Of a DNA stretch of 64,000 bases, positions 1 to 10,413 are shown piece by piece; position 1 is the first letter of the stretch; each line of letters begins with the position of its first letter. The stretch is from positions 192,001 through 256,000 of the forward strand of contig CAWAWS010000007.1 in assembly GCA_963785725.1 (NCBI GenBank), written 5' to 3'. Position numbers and translations under genes: made by a program. The notes beneath the pieces are model-generated. The model worked only from the letters and a program-made list of their open reading frames with translations, made no database searches and had not been told where the DNA came from. Origin of the DNA: an uncultured delta proteobacterium. Its GTDB lineage: Bacteria > Myxococcota_A > Polyangia > Palsa-1104.

Positions 1-297
1 GGCGCCGACCTGATGCGCGATCGTCTGCGGACGCGCTTGCCGCGTCGACAAGGAGGCCACGAACGGAATCCCCATCGTGCGCAGCCGCGGATAGATCTCG
101 AGCGCCGCCGGATGGGCCGCGATGACCGCCGCCGTGCCGTCGATGAGCGCGTGCGCTTCGAACGCGTCCGACGCCAGCCGCGGCTCCAGCCCCAGCGATT
201 CGAGCACGCCGGCGCCCTTGTCGCGCGACGCCTTCGTCGGATCGATCAACAGCACCGCCCGCGGCATGATCGGCGGCTCGGCATCCTTCTCGGCCAT
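1..297 (-). CDS. Partial (runs off the window) protein with a degenerate receiver-like N-terminus
   Basis: Manual translation from ATG 297: MAEKDAEPPIMPRAVLLIDPTKASRDKGAGVLESLGLEPRLASDAFEA...; open to position 1; pattern resembles a REC fold. Confidence 0.55.
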   Translation of the reverse strand, partial: MAEKDAEPPIMPRAVLLIDPTKASRDKGAGVLESLGLEPRLASDAFEAHALIDGTAAVIAAHPAALEIYPRLRTMGIPFVASLSTRQARPQTIAHQVGA

Positions 298-369
298 CTA
301 AACCAGGTCTCCCGGCTGCATTGCGCGCGCGCCCTCGACCGTCATGTCTCCCGACCCACGCACCATGGT

Positions 370-1860
370 TTAGTCGTCGGCTCCTTCGCGCTCGATCGAT
401 TGTACACGGCAGTCGAGCCGTCCGTGCAGAAGCTTCACTTCGAGCCTGTCGCCGGGCTGCGTTTGCGCCGCGTCCGTCACCACCGTACCGTCGGGGAGCC
501 GCGCGATCGCATAGCCGCGCTGGAGCACCGCCAGCGGCGACAGGGCGTGTAATTTTCCGGCGGCGAGCGCGAACAGTCGTTTGCGGTTGTCGACGCCCTG
601 TTGCAGCCGCTGCACGAGCCGCTGTTGCAGCTGCGTCAGCTGACTCCGCTTTTGCGTCAGCAGCGACGGCAGCTGTTGCCGCACGCGCCGCTCCAGCTGC
701 TCCAGCGCCATGCGGTCCCGATGCAGCCGCGCCCGCGGATGCAGGCCGGCCATGCGCCGGGCGCCGTCGTCGAGCAGGCGCCGACGCCGCGCCAGCTGCT
801 GCTTGAGCGCCTGGTGCGCGCGATTGAGCTCGCTGTCGAGCTTGAGGCGCGACTCGGCCACCAGCCGCTTGCCGTCGCGCATGAGCCGCTTGGTACACTC
901 GTCGAGCCGCTGCTGCAGCTCACCCAAGTGCGGCACCACCAGATCGGCCGCGCCCGACGGCGTCGGCGCGCGCGCATCGGCGACGAAGTCGGCGATCGTG
1001 AAGTCGACCTCGTGCCCGACGGCGCTCACGACCGGCACGGCACAGGCGGCGATGGCGCGCGCCAAGGCCTCGTCGTTGAACGCCGCCAAATCCTCGGCCG
1101 AACCGCCGCCGCGCGCGATGACGACGACGTCGACATAACGCTCGACCCGCTTGAGCGCGCGCACGATGTCCGCCGCCGCCGCGTCGCCTTGCACGAGACA
1201 GGGCGACACCAAAAAGCGCGCCCGCCCGCGCCGCTCGCCGATGCGCAGCAGATCGCGCACCGCCGCGCCCGTCGGTGACGTGACGACGCCGATGCGCCGT
1301 GGCCACTTCGGCAGCGGCCGCTTGCGCGCCGGATCGAACAAGCCTTCGGCCGCCAGCTTCTTCTTGAGCTGCTCGAACGCCAGCTGCAGCGCGCCCAAAC
1401 CGGCCGGCTCCAAGCCTTCGACGTAGAGCTGGAACTTGCCTTGCGCCTCGAAGATCGAGCAGCGACCGCGCGCGCGCACGACCAAGCCGTCATGCGGCGC
1501 GAACTTCAGCCGCTCCGCCGCCGAGCGAAACATCACCGCCGGCAGCTGCGCCTCGGCGTCCTTGAGCGTGAAGTACAGATGACCCGAGCGCGGCGCCGAG
1601 TAGTTCGAAATCTCGCCTTCGACGGCGATCATGCCGAAGCGGCCCTCGACGGTGCGCGCGACCCCGCGCACGAGATCGCTCACGCTGAAGACGCGCGGCT
1701 CTACGCGTTCGACCGCTTTGTCGGCGGGGATTGGCGGCGGCGCGTCGGGAAAGCGCACCGGCTTCGGATCGGCGCGCTGCGGCGTCTGCAGCACCTCGGG
1801 CGCGCGCCGCGTCGGTCCGAAGTCGAACGCGCCCTGATCAGGTGGCTGCTTGGACGGCAT
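370..1860 (-). CDS. xseA: Exodeoxyribonuclease VII large subunit
   Basis: VEGEISN..SGHLYFTLKD, IGVVTSPTGAAVRD, RGGGSAEDL, SAVGHEVD, APTPSGAA, LSPLAVLQRGY motifs. Confidence 0.97.
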   Translation of the reverse strand: MPSKQPPDQGAFDFGPTRRAPEVLQTPQRADPKPVRFPDAPPPIPADKAVERVEPRVFSVSDLVRGVARTVEGRFGMIAVEGEISNYSAPRSGHLYFTLKDAEAQLPAVMFRSAAERLKFAPHDGLVVRARGRCSIFEAQGKFQLYVEGLEPAGLGALQLAFEQLKKKLAAEGLFDPARKRPLPKWPRRIGVVTSPTGAAVRDLLRIGERRGRARFLVSPCLVQGDAAAADIVRALKRVERYVDVVVIARGGGSAEDLAAFNDEALARAIAACAVPVVSAVGHEVDFTIADFVADARAPTPSGAADLVVPHLGELQQRLDECTKRLMRDGKRLVAESRLKLDSELNRAHQALKQQLARRRRLLDDGARRMAGLHPRARLHRDRMALEQLERRVRQQLPSLLTQKRSQLTQLQQRLVQRLQQGVDNRKRLFALAAGKLHALSPLAVLQRGYAIARLPDGTVVTDAAQTQPGDRLEVKLLHGRLDCRVQSIEREGADD

Positions 1861-2911
1861 GCACCACGAAGTCTCCGCACGCCGTCGTCGACAGCTCGCC
1901 GCCGAGATCGCGCGTCGTCTTCCGCTCGGTCACCGCGCGCGCCACCGCCGCTTGCACGCGCGTCGCCGCCGCCGGCTCGCCCAAGTGCTCGAGCATCAGC
2001 GCCATCGACGAGATCGCGCCCAGCGGATTGGCGATGCCTTTGCCCGCGATGTCGGGCGCCGATCCGTGCACCGGCTCGAACAGCGAGCAGCGTCCGGGAT
2101 GAATGTTGCCCGACGCCGCCAAGCCCAAGCCGCCGACGATCGCCGCGCCCAAGTCGGTCAGGATGTCGCCGAACATGTTCGAGGTCACGAGCACGTCGAA
2201 GCGCTCGGGCGCGCGCACCATCTCCATCGCCGCGACGTCGACGTACAAATGGCTCGACTCGACGTCGGCGTACTCTTTTTGCAGCTCTTTGAAGCAGCGC
2301 TGCCACAAGCCGTGCGCGTAGGGCAGCGCGTTGGCTTTGTCCGACATGCACAGCTTCTTCCGTCGCTGTCGCGCGGCCACGAACGCCGCCCGCAAGATGC
2401 GCTCGACGCCCTTGCGCGTGTTGACGTCCTCGTTGATGGCGATCTCGTCGGCGGTGCCCTTCTTGAAGTTGCCGCCGACGCCCGCGTACAAACCCTCGGT
2501 GTTCTCGCGGAACACGAGCATGTCGATGTCGCTCAGCTTCTTGTGCTTGAGCGGCGTCAGCGACTCGGCGAGCAGCTTCACCGGCCGCAGGTTGATGTAG
2601 AGATCGAGCTGAAAGCGCAGCCCGAGCAGGATGTCGCGCGCGTGGACCTGCTCGGGAACGCGCGGATCGCCGAGCGCGCCGAACAAGATCGCGCCGTAAT
2701 GGTCGCGCAGATCTTCCATACCGCCGGCGGGCAGCGTCGTCTTGTCCTTGAGCCAGCGCTCGGCGCCCCAATCGAAGTGCGTCAGCTCGACCGGCTTCGT
2801 CAGCGCCGGCTTGACCGCCGTCAGCACTTTGACCGCCTCTTGCGTGACCTCGACGCCGATGCCGTCCCCGGGAATGACCGCGATGCGATGCGACTGCGAG
2901 CTCGAGCTCAT
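1838..2911 (-). CDS. leuB: 3-isopropylmalate/isocitrate dehydrogenase family protein
   Basis: IAVIPGDGIGVEV, RENTEGLY, SNMFGDILTD, FEPVHGSAPDIAGKGIANP; ATG 2911 overlaps the upstream stop (ATGA). The family is secure; the exact substrate is not. Confidence 0.8.
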   Translation of the reverse strand: MSSSSQSHRIAVIPGDGIGVEVTQEAVKVLTAVKPALTKPVELTHFDWGAERWLKDKTTLPAGGMEDLRDHYGAILFGALGDPRVPEQVHARDILLGLRFQLDLYINLRPVKLLAESLTPLKHKKLSDIDMLVFRENTEGLYAGVGGNFKKGTADEIAINEDVNTRKGVERILRAAFVAARQRRKKLCMSDKANALPYAHGLWQRCFKELQKEYADVESSHLYVDVAAMEMVRAPERFDVLVTSNMFGDILTDLGAAIVGGLGLAASGNIHPGRCSLFEPVHGSAPDIAGKGIANPLGAISSMALMLEHLGEPAAATRVQAAVARAVTERKTTRDLGGELSTTACGDFVVHAVQAAT

Positions 2912-3477
2912 GGGCTGTCTGCTTTCTGATAGAGGGCGGCGTTGTCGCGCACGGTCTTGACGGCGTGGCTGGCTTTGTCGCGCTCGAGCGACCACTCAGC
3001 GGCGAGCTCGCTGAAGCCCCAGGTGCCGTTGCCGTTGCGGTGGAACCGAAAAGGCATGCCGTCGGCGCGCGCGACGTAGACATCGTCGGCGGCCATGACT
3101 TTGGTCTTCACTTGGCCCGACACCGAGCCGAGCCGCCGGCGCAGCGACTCGACGGTGTGGCGATCTTGGTTCACGCGCACGAAATAGCGCGTCACATCCG
3201 CCTCTTCGGCGAAGCTGAGGCGCGCCAGCTCCTTCTTGGCCTCGGCTTCGGGATATTTGGCGGCGATGATCGTGCGCATGAGGCGCTGATCGTGCAGCGT
3301 CGACTCGATGGCCCAGCGCGTCGGCTGATCGAGCAGCGCGTAAAACGCCGCCGCATTGCCGCCCGCAACCGCCGGTTCGAGCAGCAAAAAGGCCGCTTCC
3401 GGCGTTTTCGGCCCGCGGTGACAGCCGCCGAAGGCCAACAGGAGCGCTATTCCGGCGGAAGCTGAGATCGCGCGCAT
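2908..3477 (-). CDS. Hypothetical lipoprotein
   Basis: Signal peptide with lipobox (LAFGGC); coupled to the downstream gene; start uncertain. Confidence 0.7.
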   Translation of the reverse strand: MRAISASAGIALLLAFGGCHRGPKTPEAAFLLLEPAVAGGNAAAFYALLDQPTRWAIESTLHDQRLMRTIIAAKYPEAEAKKELARLSFAEEADVTRYFVRVNQDRHTVESLRRRLGSVSGQVKTKVMAADDVYVARADGMPFRFHRNGNGTWGFSELAAEWSLERDKASHAVKTVRDNAALYQKADSP

Positions 3478-3568
3478 GTCATCAGCGCTAGCAAACGCAA
3501 CCGCCGTCGTCAACGGAACTTCCGGCCTGAACCGTTGTCGATCGATATGCTACTTTTGGTAGGAGACG

Positions 3569-4630
3569 ATGTCCGACGAGACCTCCGCGACGCCCGACGC
3601 TGACGAATTCAGCGCTTTGCCGACGGCGACGCGCCCGAAAAGCCCGCTCTTGGCCGTGGCCGTGGTCGCATTGGCGGCCATCGTCTGCTGGCACCTGCGC
3701 CGCGACGTCGCCTACGCCTTCGTCGCCAAGACCGCCGTCGACTTGGGCGACGCGCGCACCTTGACCGCGCGCGGCGTCACGCTCGACGACAACCGCTACG
3801 TCACCGTCGCCGGCCAGGCCGAGCGCCGCTACGCGTTGTACTTGGAGCCGCACGGCACCGAGGCGCGCCAGAGCTTCTTCCGCCTCTTCGGCACCGGCAC
3901 GCGCCTGTTCGTCCGCGCCAACGACAACATGGGCCGGCAAGACGTCACCGAGCGCTGGACCGGCCGCTTGCGCCGCTTCGACGAGCTGCCGTTCGCGCAA
4001 TCGCTGCGCGACTACTACGGCAAAGAGACCGAGGTCACGCGCTATCTCGCCCTCGACAGCGTCAAGGCGGCGCTTTCCGGCGGCAGCAACGAGCTCGTCG
4101 ACCGCGTGGGCGCGTCGTTGACGTTGCCGCTCGAGGCCCAGCTCGTCGTCGACGTGGCGCATCCGGGGCAGCTGCAGGTGTGGCTGTCGAAGGACAAGTA
4201 TCCGACGCTGATCGACGCGCGCCACGATCTCGAGCGCCTGCAGCTCTCGCCGTCGACGGGCACGGACGAGAAGGACGAGTTCTCGTTCATCGTGCCCATG
4301 CCCGACGCGAAGAAGAACGAGATCATCGGCAAGCTGTCCGACGCCGGCTTTCAGTTTCAGCCCTATCGCCAGCGGCTGACGTCGGCGCGCGGGCAGCTCA
4401 AGCTCGACGGTGACACGCTCGCCGTCGGCGCCGACGCGCACGTGCCGTGGGCCGACGTCGAGGCGATCGGCCTGCCCGCGCCCATCACGATCGGCGCCGA
4501 CGCGTTCGTGCTCAGCGAGGGTGACAGCCCGGCCGCGTATTGGTGGGCGCCACTTTTGTGCGCGCTGCTCGTGGCTTTCGCGGCGTTCAACTTATGGTAC
4601 CTTCTGCGGGCGCTGCGCGCGCCCGCATGA
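3569..4630 (+). CDS. Hypothetical membrane protein (N- and C-terminal TM helices)
   Basis: 353-aa ORF, AGGAG RBS, ATGA overlap with cysS. Confidence 0.8.
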   Translation: MSDETSATPDADEFSALPTATRPKSPLLAVAVVALAAIVCWHLRRDVAYAFVAKTAVDLGDARTLTARGVTLDDNRYVTVAGQAERRYALYLEPHGTEARQSFFRLFGTGTRLFVRANDNMGRQDVTERWTGRLRRFDELPFAQSLRDYYGKETEVTRYLALDSVKAALSGGSNELVDRVGASLTLPLEAQLVVDVAHPGQLQVWLSKDKYPTLIDARHDLERLQLSPSTGTDEKDEFSFIVPMPDAKKNEIIGKLSDAGFQFQPYRQRLTSARGQLKLDGDTLAVGADAHVPWADVEAIGLPAPITIGADAFVLSEGDSPAAYWWAPLLCALLVAFAAFNLWYLLRALRAPA

Positions 4631-6159
4631 CCATCCGCATCCACGACACGCTGACGCGAAAGAAAGTCGACTTCCAACCTCTCACGCCGGGCAAGGTCGG
4701 GCTCTACGTCTGCGGCCCGACCGTGTACGACTTCCTGCACGTCGGGAACGCGCGGCCGGTCGTCGCCTACGATGTCGTCTTTCGGCATCTGCGCGCGCGC
4801 GGCTTCGACGTCCGCTACGTCCGCAACATCACCGACGTCGACGACAAGATCATCGAGCGCGCGCACGAGCTGAAGCAGCCGCCGGGCGAGCTGACCGCGC
4901 GCTTCATCGACGAGTTCCACCGCGACGTGAGCGCGCTCTGCTGCCTGTCGCCGACCGTCGAGCCGCGCGTCACCGACAGCATCGGCGGCATCGTCGCGCT
5001 GTGCCAAAAGCTCGTCGACAAAGGCGTCGCTTACGAGGCGCAGGGCGACGTCTACTTCAGCGTCAGCGACTATCCGGCCTACGGCGGCCTGTCGCAGCAG
5101 CCGCTCGATCAGCTGGAATCGGGCACGCGCGGCGAGCTCGACGTGCACAAGAAGCGCCGTCCGCTCGATTTCGCGCTGTGGAAGGCGGCCAAGCCGGGCG
5201 AGCCGTCGTGGCCGTCGCCGTGGGGTCCCGGTCGTCCCGGCTGGCACATCGAGTGCTCGGCGATGGCCGAGGAGCACTTGGGCGCGACGTTCGATCTGCA
5301 CGGCGGCGGCGTCGATCTCATCTTCCCGCACCACGAGAACGAGCGCGCGCAATCGCAGGGTGCGCACGGCGATTCGTCGTTCGCGCGCATCTGGATGCAC
5401 AACGGCTTCGTCAACTTCGGCGGCAAGAAGATGTCGAAGTCGGACACCAAGAACGACCCGAAGCTGCGGGTGCTGTTCAAGCGCGCCTTCACGATGCGGC
5501 TGGTCATCGAGCGTCACGGCGGCGAAGCGCTGCGCCTGTTCCTCTTGACGACGCACTATCGCCATCCGATCGCCTACGACGTCGTCGTCGACGGCGAGGA
5601 CATCACGACGGCGCCGATTCGCCTGCCCGGCCTCGAGGAGGCCGAACGCCGCCTCGAATACGCCTATTTGACGCTGGAGCGGCTGCGCGAGCAGCTCGCC
5701 GTCGGCAAGCCCGCCGGTGACGGCGCGGTCGCGCCCGAGGCCGAACAGTGGCTGCACGAGCTGCAGACCGCGCTCGACGACGACTTCAACAGCGCCGGCG
5801 CGCTCGCCGCCTGGCAAGAGGCGCTCGGCCTCGCCAACCGCATCCTCGACGGCAAATTAGAGGCGCCCAAAGACGTCAAGCGGCGCACGCTCGAACGGCT
5901 CGACCGCGACCTGCGCGTCGCCTCCGACGAGCTCGGCCTCGGCACCGCCGACCCGCGCGCCTGGCTCGACGAGCACCGCGCCCGTCGCTGCCTCGCGCTC
6001 GCCATCGACGCCGCCGAAGTCGAGACGCTCATCGCCAAGCGCAACGAAGCGCGCAAAGACAAGCGCTTCGCCGAGTCCGACGCCTTGCGCGCCGATCTGG
6101 CCGCTCGCGGCGTCGAGATCATGGACACGCCCAAAGGCACCCGCTGGCGCCTGTCGTAG
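4627..6159 (+). CDS. cysS: Cysteine--tRNA ligase
   Basis: YVCGPTVYD..HVGNAR (HIGH), GRPGWHIECSAM, DLHGGGVDLIFPHHENE, KMSKS. Confidence 0.98.
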   Translation: MTIRIHDTLTRKKVDFQPLTPGKVGLYVCGPTVYDFLHVGNARPVVAYDVVFRHLRARGFDVRYVRNITDVDDKIIERAHELKQPPGELTARFIDEFHRDVSALCCLSPTVEPRVTDSIGGIVALCQKLVDKGVAYEAQGDVYFSVSDYPAYGGLSQQPLDQLESGTRGELDVHKKRRPLDFALWKAAKPGEPSWPSPWGPGRPGWHIECSAMAEEHLGATFDLHGGGVDLIFPHHENERAQSQGAHGDSSFARIWMHNGFVNFGGKKMSKSDTKNDPKLRVLFKRAFTMRLVIERHGGEALRLFLLTTHYRHPIAYDVVVDGEDITTAPIRLPGLEEAERRLEYAYLTLERLREQLAVGKPAGDGAVAPEAEQWLHELQTALDDDFNSAGALAAWQEALGLANRILDGKLEAPKDVKRRTLERLDRDLRVASDELGLGTADPRAWLDEHRARRCLALAIDAAEVETLIAKRNEARKDKRFAESDALRADLAARGVEIMDTPKGTRWRLS

Positions 6160-6197
6160 CCCGCGCAGCGTCCGCGAAATCCCACTCGTTCTAGCGG

Positions 6198-6710
6198 TTA
6201 GCGATGCTCGAGGTCGGTGTCGTCTTTGCGCGCCATGTTGTCGTGCTTCTCGATGATCGGCAGCGTGCGGATCGCGAACTGCTTCAGATCGTCGTCCTTG
6301 CCGTTCTGCGTCTCGTCCTTGAACAGCTTGATTGTCTTGTCGTGATCGTCGGTCATCGCCTTCATGTACTGCTTGTCGAAGTCGTCACCCGACAGCGACA
6401 CGAGCTTGTCGTAGGCGCGCTGATGCTCGGCGTCGATCGTCGTCGGCAGCGCCATCGACTTCTGGCTCGCCAGCTTCTTCAGCTCCAGGTTGGCCGCGGT
6501 GTGATCGGCCACCATCTTGCGCGCGAACGTCTTCACCTCGGGCGAATCCGACTTCTCGGCCGCCAGCTTCGACAGCTTGACCTCGGCCATGCCGCCGGCC
6601 GCCGCCTTGTGCGCGAACTCGCTGTCGCGGTTGTCGCTATCGGCGAGCACGAGGGCGCCGCCGCTGAACGCGCCCAGCACGAACGCGATGATGAGACCTT
6701 TGCGCCGCAT
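6198..6710 (-). CDS. DUF4142-type ferritin-like secreted protein
   Basis: Signal peptide; AAAGGMAEVKLSKLA..VKTFARKMVADH..FDKQYM..H pattern. Confidence 0.88.
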   Translation of the reverse strand: MRRKGLIIAFVLGAFSGGALVLADSDNRDSEFAHKAAAGGMAEVKLSKLAAEKSDSPEVKTFARKMVADHTAANLELKKLASQKSMALPTTIDAEHQRAYDKLVSLSGDDFDKQYMKAMTDDHDKTIKLFKDETQNGKDDDLKQFAIRTLPIIEKHDNMARKDDTDLEHR

Positions 6711-6742
6711 GATTCCCTCCTCGATGGATGACCGAGGGGTGG

Positions 6743-6758
6743 TGCACGTCCCGTTCCG
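6743..6758 (-). promoter_or_regulatory. Possible sigma54 promoter of the DUF4142 gene
   Basis: Minus strand CGGAAC-GGGAC-GTGCA keeps the GG/GC spacing. Confidence 0.4.
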
Positions 6759-6791
6759 TTGCTGGCTGCCCGGTCGGCGAGCGAGCAGGCG

Positions 6792-7079
6792 TCAGTCGTC
6801 GCTGACGGACTGCGCGACCGCGGTGCCGGCCAGGATCGGCTGCAGTCGTCCCGCGCGGTCGAGCGCCGACAGCTCGCTGAAACCGCCGACCGGCACGCCG
6901 CCCAAGAAGATCTGCGGCACCGTGCGCTGTCCGGTCTTCTCGACGAGCCATTGGCGAACTTGCGCGTCGCTCGAGCAGTCGATCTCTTGGAATTCGGCGC
7001 CGCGCTCGCGCAGGAGCGACTTGGCCGCCGTGCAGTAGCCGCAATAATTCGTGGTGTAGATGCGTACGTCGATCGCCAT
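6792..7079 (-). CDS. grxC: Glutaredoxin (Grx3-like)
   Basis: CGYC, TVPQIF, GGFSEL motifs. Confidence 0.92.
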   Translation of the reverse strand: MAIDVRIYTTNYCGYCTAAKSLLRERGAEFQEIDCSSDAQVRQWLVEKTGQRTVPQIFLGGVPVGGFSELSALDRAGRLQPILAGTAVAQSVSDD

Positions 7080-7094
7080 GACTCGAATGTAAGG

Positions 7095-8027
7095 TTACTT
7101 CTCGTTCAAGTCCTCGCTCAAGTAGGCCAAAATCACCTCATCGAGCGATTTTTCGCTGATTAGATCGCCACCGAAGATGTTGTCGTTGTTGTTGCCGCTG
7201 TTCGTCGGGGTCTTCGACGGCTGCGGTGCCGATTGTGACGCCATCGGCGACGGCGTGAAGCTGCGCTGCCGCGGCGCGGTGACGGCCGGGCGCGGCTGGG
7301 CGCTCTGATCGCCGACGATGACCGCCGGCCGCGCCACGACGACGCCTTCCGCCGTCGGCTTGCCACCGCCGTACGCGTGCGCGCCGGTCGGCGGCGCCGG
7401 ACGACGCCCGCCGATGCCGCTGACCGGCGGACGCGGCGGCGGCGGCACGGTGCCCGTCGTGCCCGCGCGCGACGCGGCGACCGGCACGGCCGGACGCGCC
7501 GGCGTCAGGTTCGGCCGCGACGGCGTGCGCAGCCCGACCGACGACGGCGGCGACGGCTGCCGCGTCGGCGGCGCCAGCGGCGGCCGCGGCGGCATGACCG
7601 GCTGCCGCGACGGGTCGGTCTTGGGCGCCGCCTGCGTCGCCGCGTGCCCGACGTCGGGCCCGGGCGGCTGCATCATCGACGGATCGGTCTTGGGCTCGGC
7701 GTCGAACTCGCCCGACAGCGGCCGCGAGTCGGCCGCGCTCTTGACGACCGGCGTGCCGAAGAAGCGCGCGATCTTGTCGTCGAACGCGCCCTGCTTGAGA
7801 TCGCGCAGCATCGCCTTGTGCTGCGCCTGCATCAGCTTCTGAACGACGCCGACTTCGCTCGTCGGATCGTAGTCGATCCGCTTGGTCGCCAAAATCGTGC
7901 CGTCGTGAAACAGGTGCGTGAAAATATGCGGGTTGCCGACGCCCGAATCTTCCGTCTGGACGTGCCACAGCCGCTCGGCATAGCGGACGTTGTGGTTGTA
8001 GCCGAGTACCGGACTGCGCGGTTTCAT
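7095..8027 (-). CDS. Conserved hypothetical protein with Pro-rich linker
   Basis: N-terminal GYNHNVRY..HVQTEDSG..PHIFTHLF domain, C-terminal FGGDLISEKSLDEVILAYL. Confidence 0.8.
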   Translation of the reverse strand: MKPRSPVLGYNHNVRYAERLWHVQTEDSGVGNPHIFTHLFHDGTILATKRIDYDPTSEVGVVQKLMQAQHKAMLRDLKQGAFDDKIARFFGTPVVKSAADSRPLSGEFDAEPKTDPSMMQPPGPDVGHAATQAAPKTDPSRQPVMPPRPPLAPPTRQPSPPSSVGLRTPSRPNLTPARPAVPVAASRAGTTGTVPPPPRPPVSGIGGRRPAPPTGAHAYGGGKPTAEGVVVARPAVIVGDQSAQPRPAVTAPRQRSFTPSPMASQSAPQPSKTPTNSGNNNDNIFGGDLISEKSLDEVILAYLSEDLNEK

Positions 8028-8096
8028 ACTCGTTACTAAGTATAGCAGGCGCCTTCCAAACTTGAACATTTCTCGCCGAGCGGTTATGTCTGCGAC

Positions 8097-8675
8097 ATGG
8101 GCAAGGAGGCTGAGCGGTCGTTCCTGGAGAAGGTGACTGAGTATCTTCTGTCGCTTCCTTTCGATTTGAAGATCCTGCAAGAGGCGGTGACGGACCCCGA
8201 CCTCGAGCGCGGCGCCCGAGAAATCGCGGCCGGCGCCATCACGCACACGCTGGGACCGCAAGACGGCGACAGCCCGCTTCGCTTCGTGGATGACCTCTTG
8301 TTGGTGCGCGCGGCGCTCAAGCGCGTCGTGGCCGATGGCGGCGACGCGGCGAAGGATTTCGCGACCCGCTTCGACGCCGAGATCTACGGCAAGCTCGACG
8401 CCGATCTGGCGCTCTTCGCAGAAGTGCTCGGCGATCTGTGGCCCTGGCTGACGGGAAAGCTCGAGGCTTTCCGCAAGACGCCGTACAAGGGCAAGACGCC
8501 GCCGCAGTACGTGGACGATGACGAGGCCGCCTCGTTCCTTTACGACGAGGGCCTCGAGTTCCAGACCAACTACAACGTCACCGAGGACAAAGTGCGCAAC
8601 TCGGTGCGTCGCGTCGATGCCATCGTCGAGCTCTTGAACAAGAAGCGCGCCGAGGAAGCCAAGAAAAAATTATGA
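8097..8675 (+). CDS. Hypothetical protein (DUF1232/YkvA-like)
   Basis: 192-aa ORF, PLRFVDDLLLVR motif, coupled to the next gene. Confidence 0.75.
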   Translation: MGKEAERSFLEKVTEYLLSLPFDLKILQEAVTDPDLERGAREIAAGAITHTLGPQDGDSPLRFVDDLLLVRAALKRVVADGGDAAKDFATRFDAEIYGKLDADLALFAEVLGDLWPWLTGKLEAFRKTPYKGKTPPQYVDDDEAASFLYDEGLEFQTNYNVTEDKVRNSVRRVDAIVELLNKKRAEEAKKKL

Positions 8676-9574
8676 AAAATATCGCCTTGATCTTAGGTCT
8701 CGTTGCCGTCGCCGGTTGCGGCTCCGGCGTCACCGGCAGCTCGGGCGCCGCCGCCTGCGCGACCGCGGCCACGTGCGGCATTCTCACCGGCGGCATCAGC
8801 CAGTGCACGCAGGAGATCGCGCAGGTCAACGATCCGACGGTCGCCGCCGACGTCAAGGTCGACGCCACGCAGGTCAACTGCATCGCCCGCGCGGGCGCCA
8901 ACTGCGCCGCGGCGCGCGCCTGCTTGAACGACGGCAAGGCGCCGACGTCGTGCACCGGCAACAGCCAGTCGTGTAGCGGCACCGTCTGGACCGCCTGCGA
9001 CGCCGTCACCGGCACCGGCGGCAACAACGGCACGCGCCAGTTCGATTGCGCGTCGTCGGACGAGCAGTGCGTCACCGGCAACGGCGTCATCGACTGCGGC
9101 GTCGGCACCTGCTCGCCCGCCGGCACGTCGTGCGACAAGAACATCCTCGCCACCTGCGGTCTCGACGGCATCGCGCGCAACACCGACTGCTCGAAGACCG
9201 CCTCCACCTGCGTGCTCACCGGCGTCGCGCCGCACTGCCGCGGCAACGGCCCGACCTGCACGAGCCCGAACATCGCGCAGAACGCGCTGCGCTGCGACGG
9301 CAAGGTGCTGGTGTCGTGCGTCGACGGCCAGGAAGCGCGTCAGGACTGCAGCCAGTTCAACCTCGGCTGCTTCCCGACGCCGACGGGCACGGTCAGCTCG
9401 TTCGGCTGCGCCCTCGGCTCCGACTGCAACGCCGCCAACGACACGGCGACGTGCGAAGGCAACGTCCTGCACTATTGCGACAACGGCAAGTTCGCCACGT
9501 TCAACTGCGGCAGCAACGGCTTCACCGGCTGCGACGCGACCAACGGCGGCCGCTGCACGACGAAGACGCCGTAA
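8672..9574 (+). CDS. Cysteine-rich lipoprotein
   Basis: Lipobox VAGC, repeated C-x-G-x-x-L-x-x-C units. Confidence 0.85.
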   Translation: MKNIALILGLVAVAGCGSGVTGSSGAAACATAATCGILTGGISQCTQEIAQVNDPTVAADVKVDATQVNCIARAGANCAAARACLNDGKAPTSCTGNSQSCSGTVWTACDAVTGTGGNNGTRQFDCASSDEQCVTGNGVIDCGVGTCSPAGTSCDKNILATCGLDGIARNTDCSKTASTCVLTGVAPHCRGNGPTCTSPNIAQNALRCDGKVLVSCVDGQEARQDCSQFNLGCFPTPTGTVSSFGCALGSDCNAANDTATCEGNVLHYCDNGKFATFNCGSNGFTGCDATNGGRCTTKTP

Positions 9575-9597
9575 CTTCGCTTCGCCTTCTTCTCCCC

Positions 9598-10413
9598 TTA
9601 CAAATCGACGCGAATCGCGGTTTTCAGCGGTCGGCCCAAGAAGCGGCTGGCCACTTCGTCGATGCGCGCGTCGTCGGTGACGTAACACTGCAAGTGGCCG
9701 GCGCCGGCGTCGTCGGCGCGCAAGAGGCCGAGCCGCGCCAACTCGTCGTGCGCGCTCTCGGCCATCGTGTCGGCGGAGTCGACGAGCGCGACCTCGCGGC
9801 CGAACACCTCGCGCGCGACGCGACCGATGAGCGGACGCAGCAGCGGATAATGCGTGCACCCGAGGACGAGCGTGTCGAGCTCGGGCGCCTCCGCCGCCAG
9901 CTCGCGCAAGTAGCGCCGCGCGACGGCGGCTGCGATGTCGTCGTCGAGCCAACCCTCCTCGGCCAGCGGCACGAGCAGCGGGCAGGCGCGCGCCGTCACG
10001 TGCATGTTCGCGTCGAGCTTGGCGATGGCGCGCGGATAACAGCCCGATCGTACCGTGCCCAGCGTACCGATGACGCCGATGTTGCCCGTGCGCGTCGCCG
10101 CGACCGCAGCCTTCGCGCCCGGCTCGATGACGCCGAGCACTGGCAACGGCAGTTGCTCGCGCAGCGCGTCGATCGCGAACGCCGACGCCGTATTGCACGC
10201 GATGACGACCATTTTCACGCCCTGCGCTACCAGGAAATCGGTGGCCATCTTCGAATATCGGAGAACGGTTTCAGCGCTCTTCGAGCCGTACGGCACGCGC
10301 GCGGTATCGCCGAGATAAACGATTTCTTCCGACGGCAGCCGCGCCGTCAGCGAGCGGGCGACCGTCAATCCTCCGACGCCGCTGTCAAAGACCCCGATTC
10401 CCGCCAAACTCAT
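9598..10413 (-). CDS. murI: Glutamate racemase
   Basis: IGVFDSGVGGLTV, DTARVPYG, IACNTASA, LGCTHYP; AAGGAG RBS. Confidence 0.97.
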   Translation of the reverse strand: MSLAGIGVFDSGVGGLTVARSLTARLPSEEIVYLGDTARVPYGSKSAETVLRYSKMATDFLVAQGVKMVVIACNTASAFAIDALREQLPLPVLGVIEPGAKAAVAATRTGNIGVIGTLGTVRSGCYPRAIAKLDANMHVTARACPLLVPLAEEGWLDDDIAAAVARRYLRELAAEAPELDTLVLGCTHYPLLRPLIGRVAREVFGREVALVDSADTMAESAHDELARLGLLRADDAGAGHLQCYVTDDARIDEVASRFLGRPLKTAIRVDL

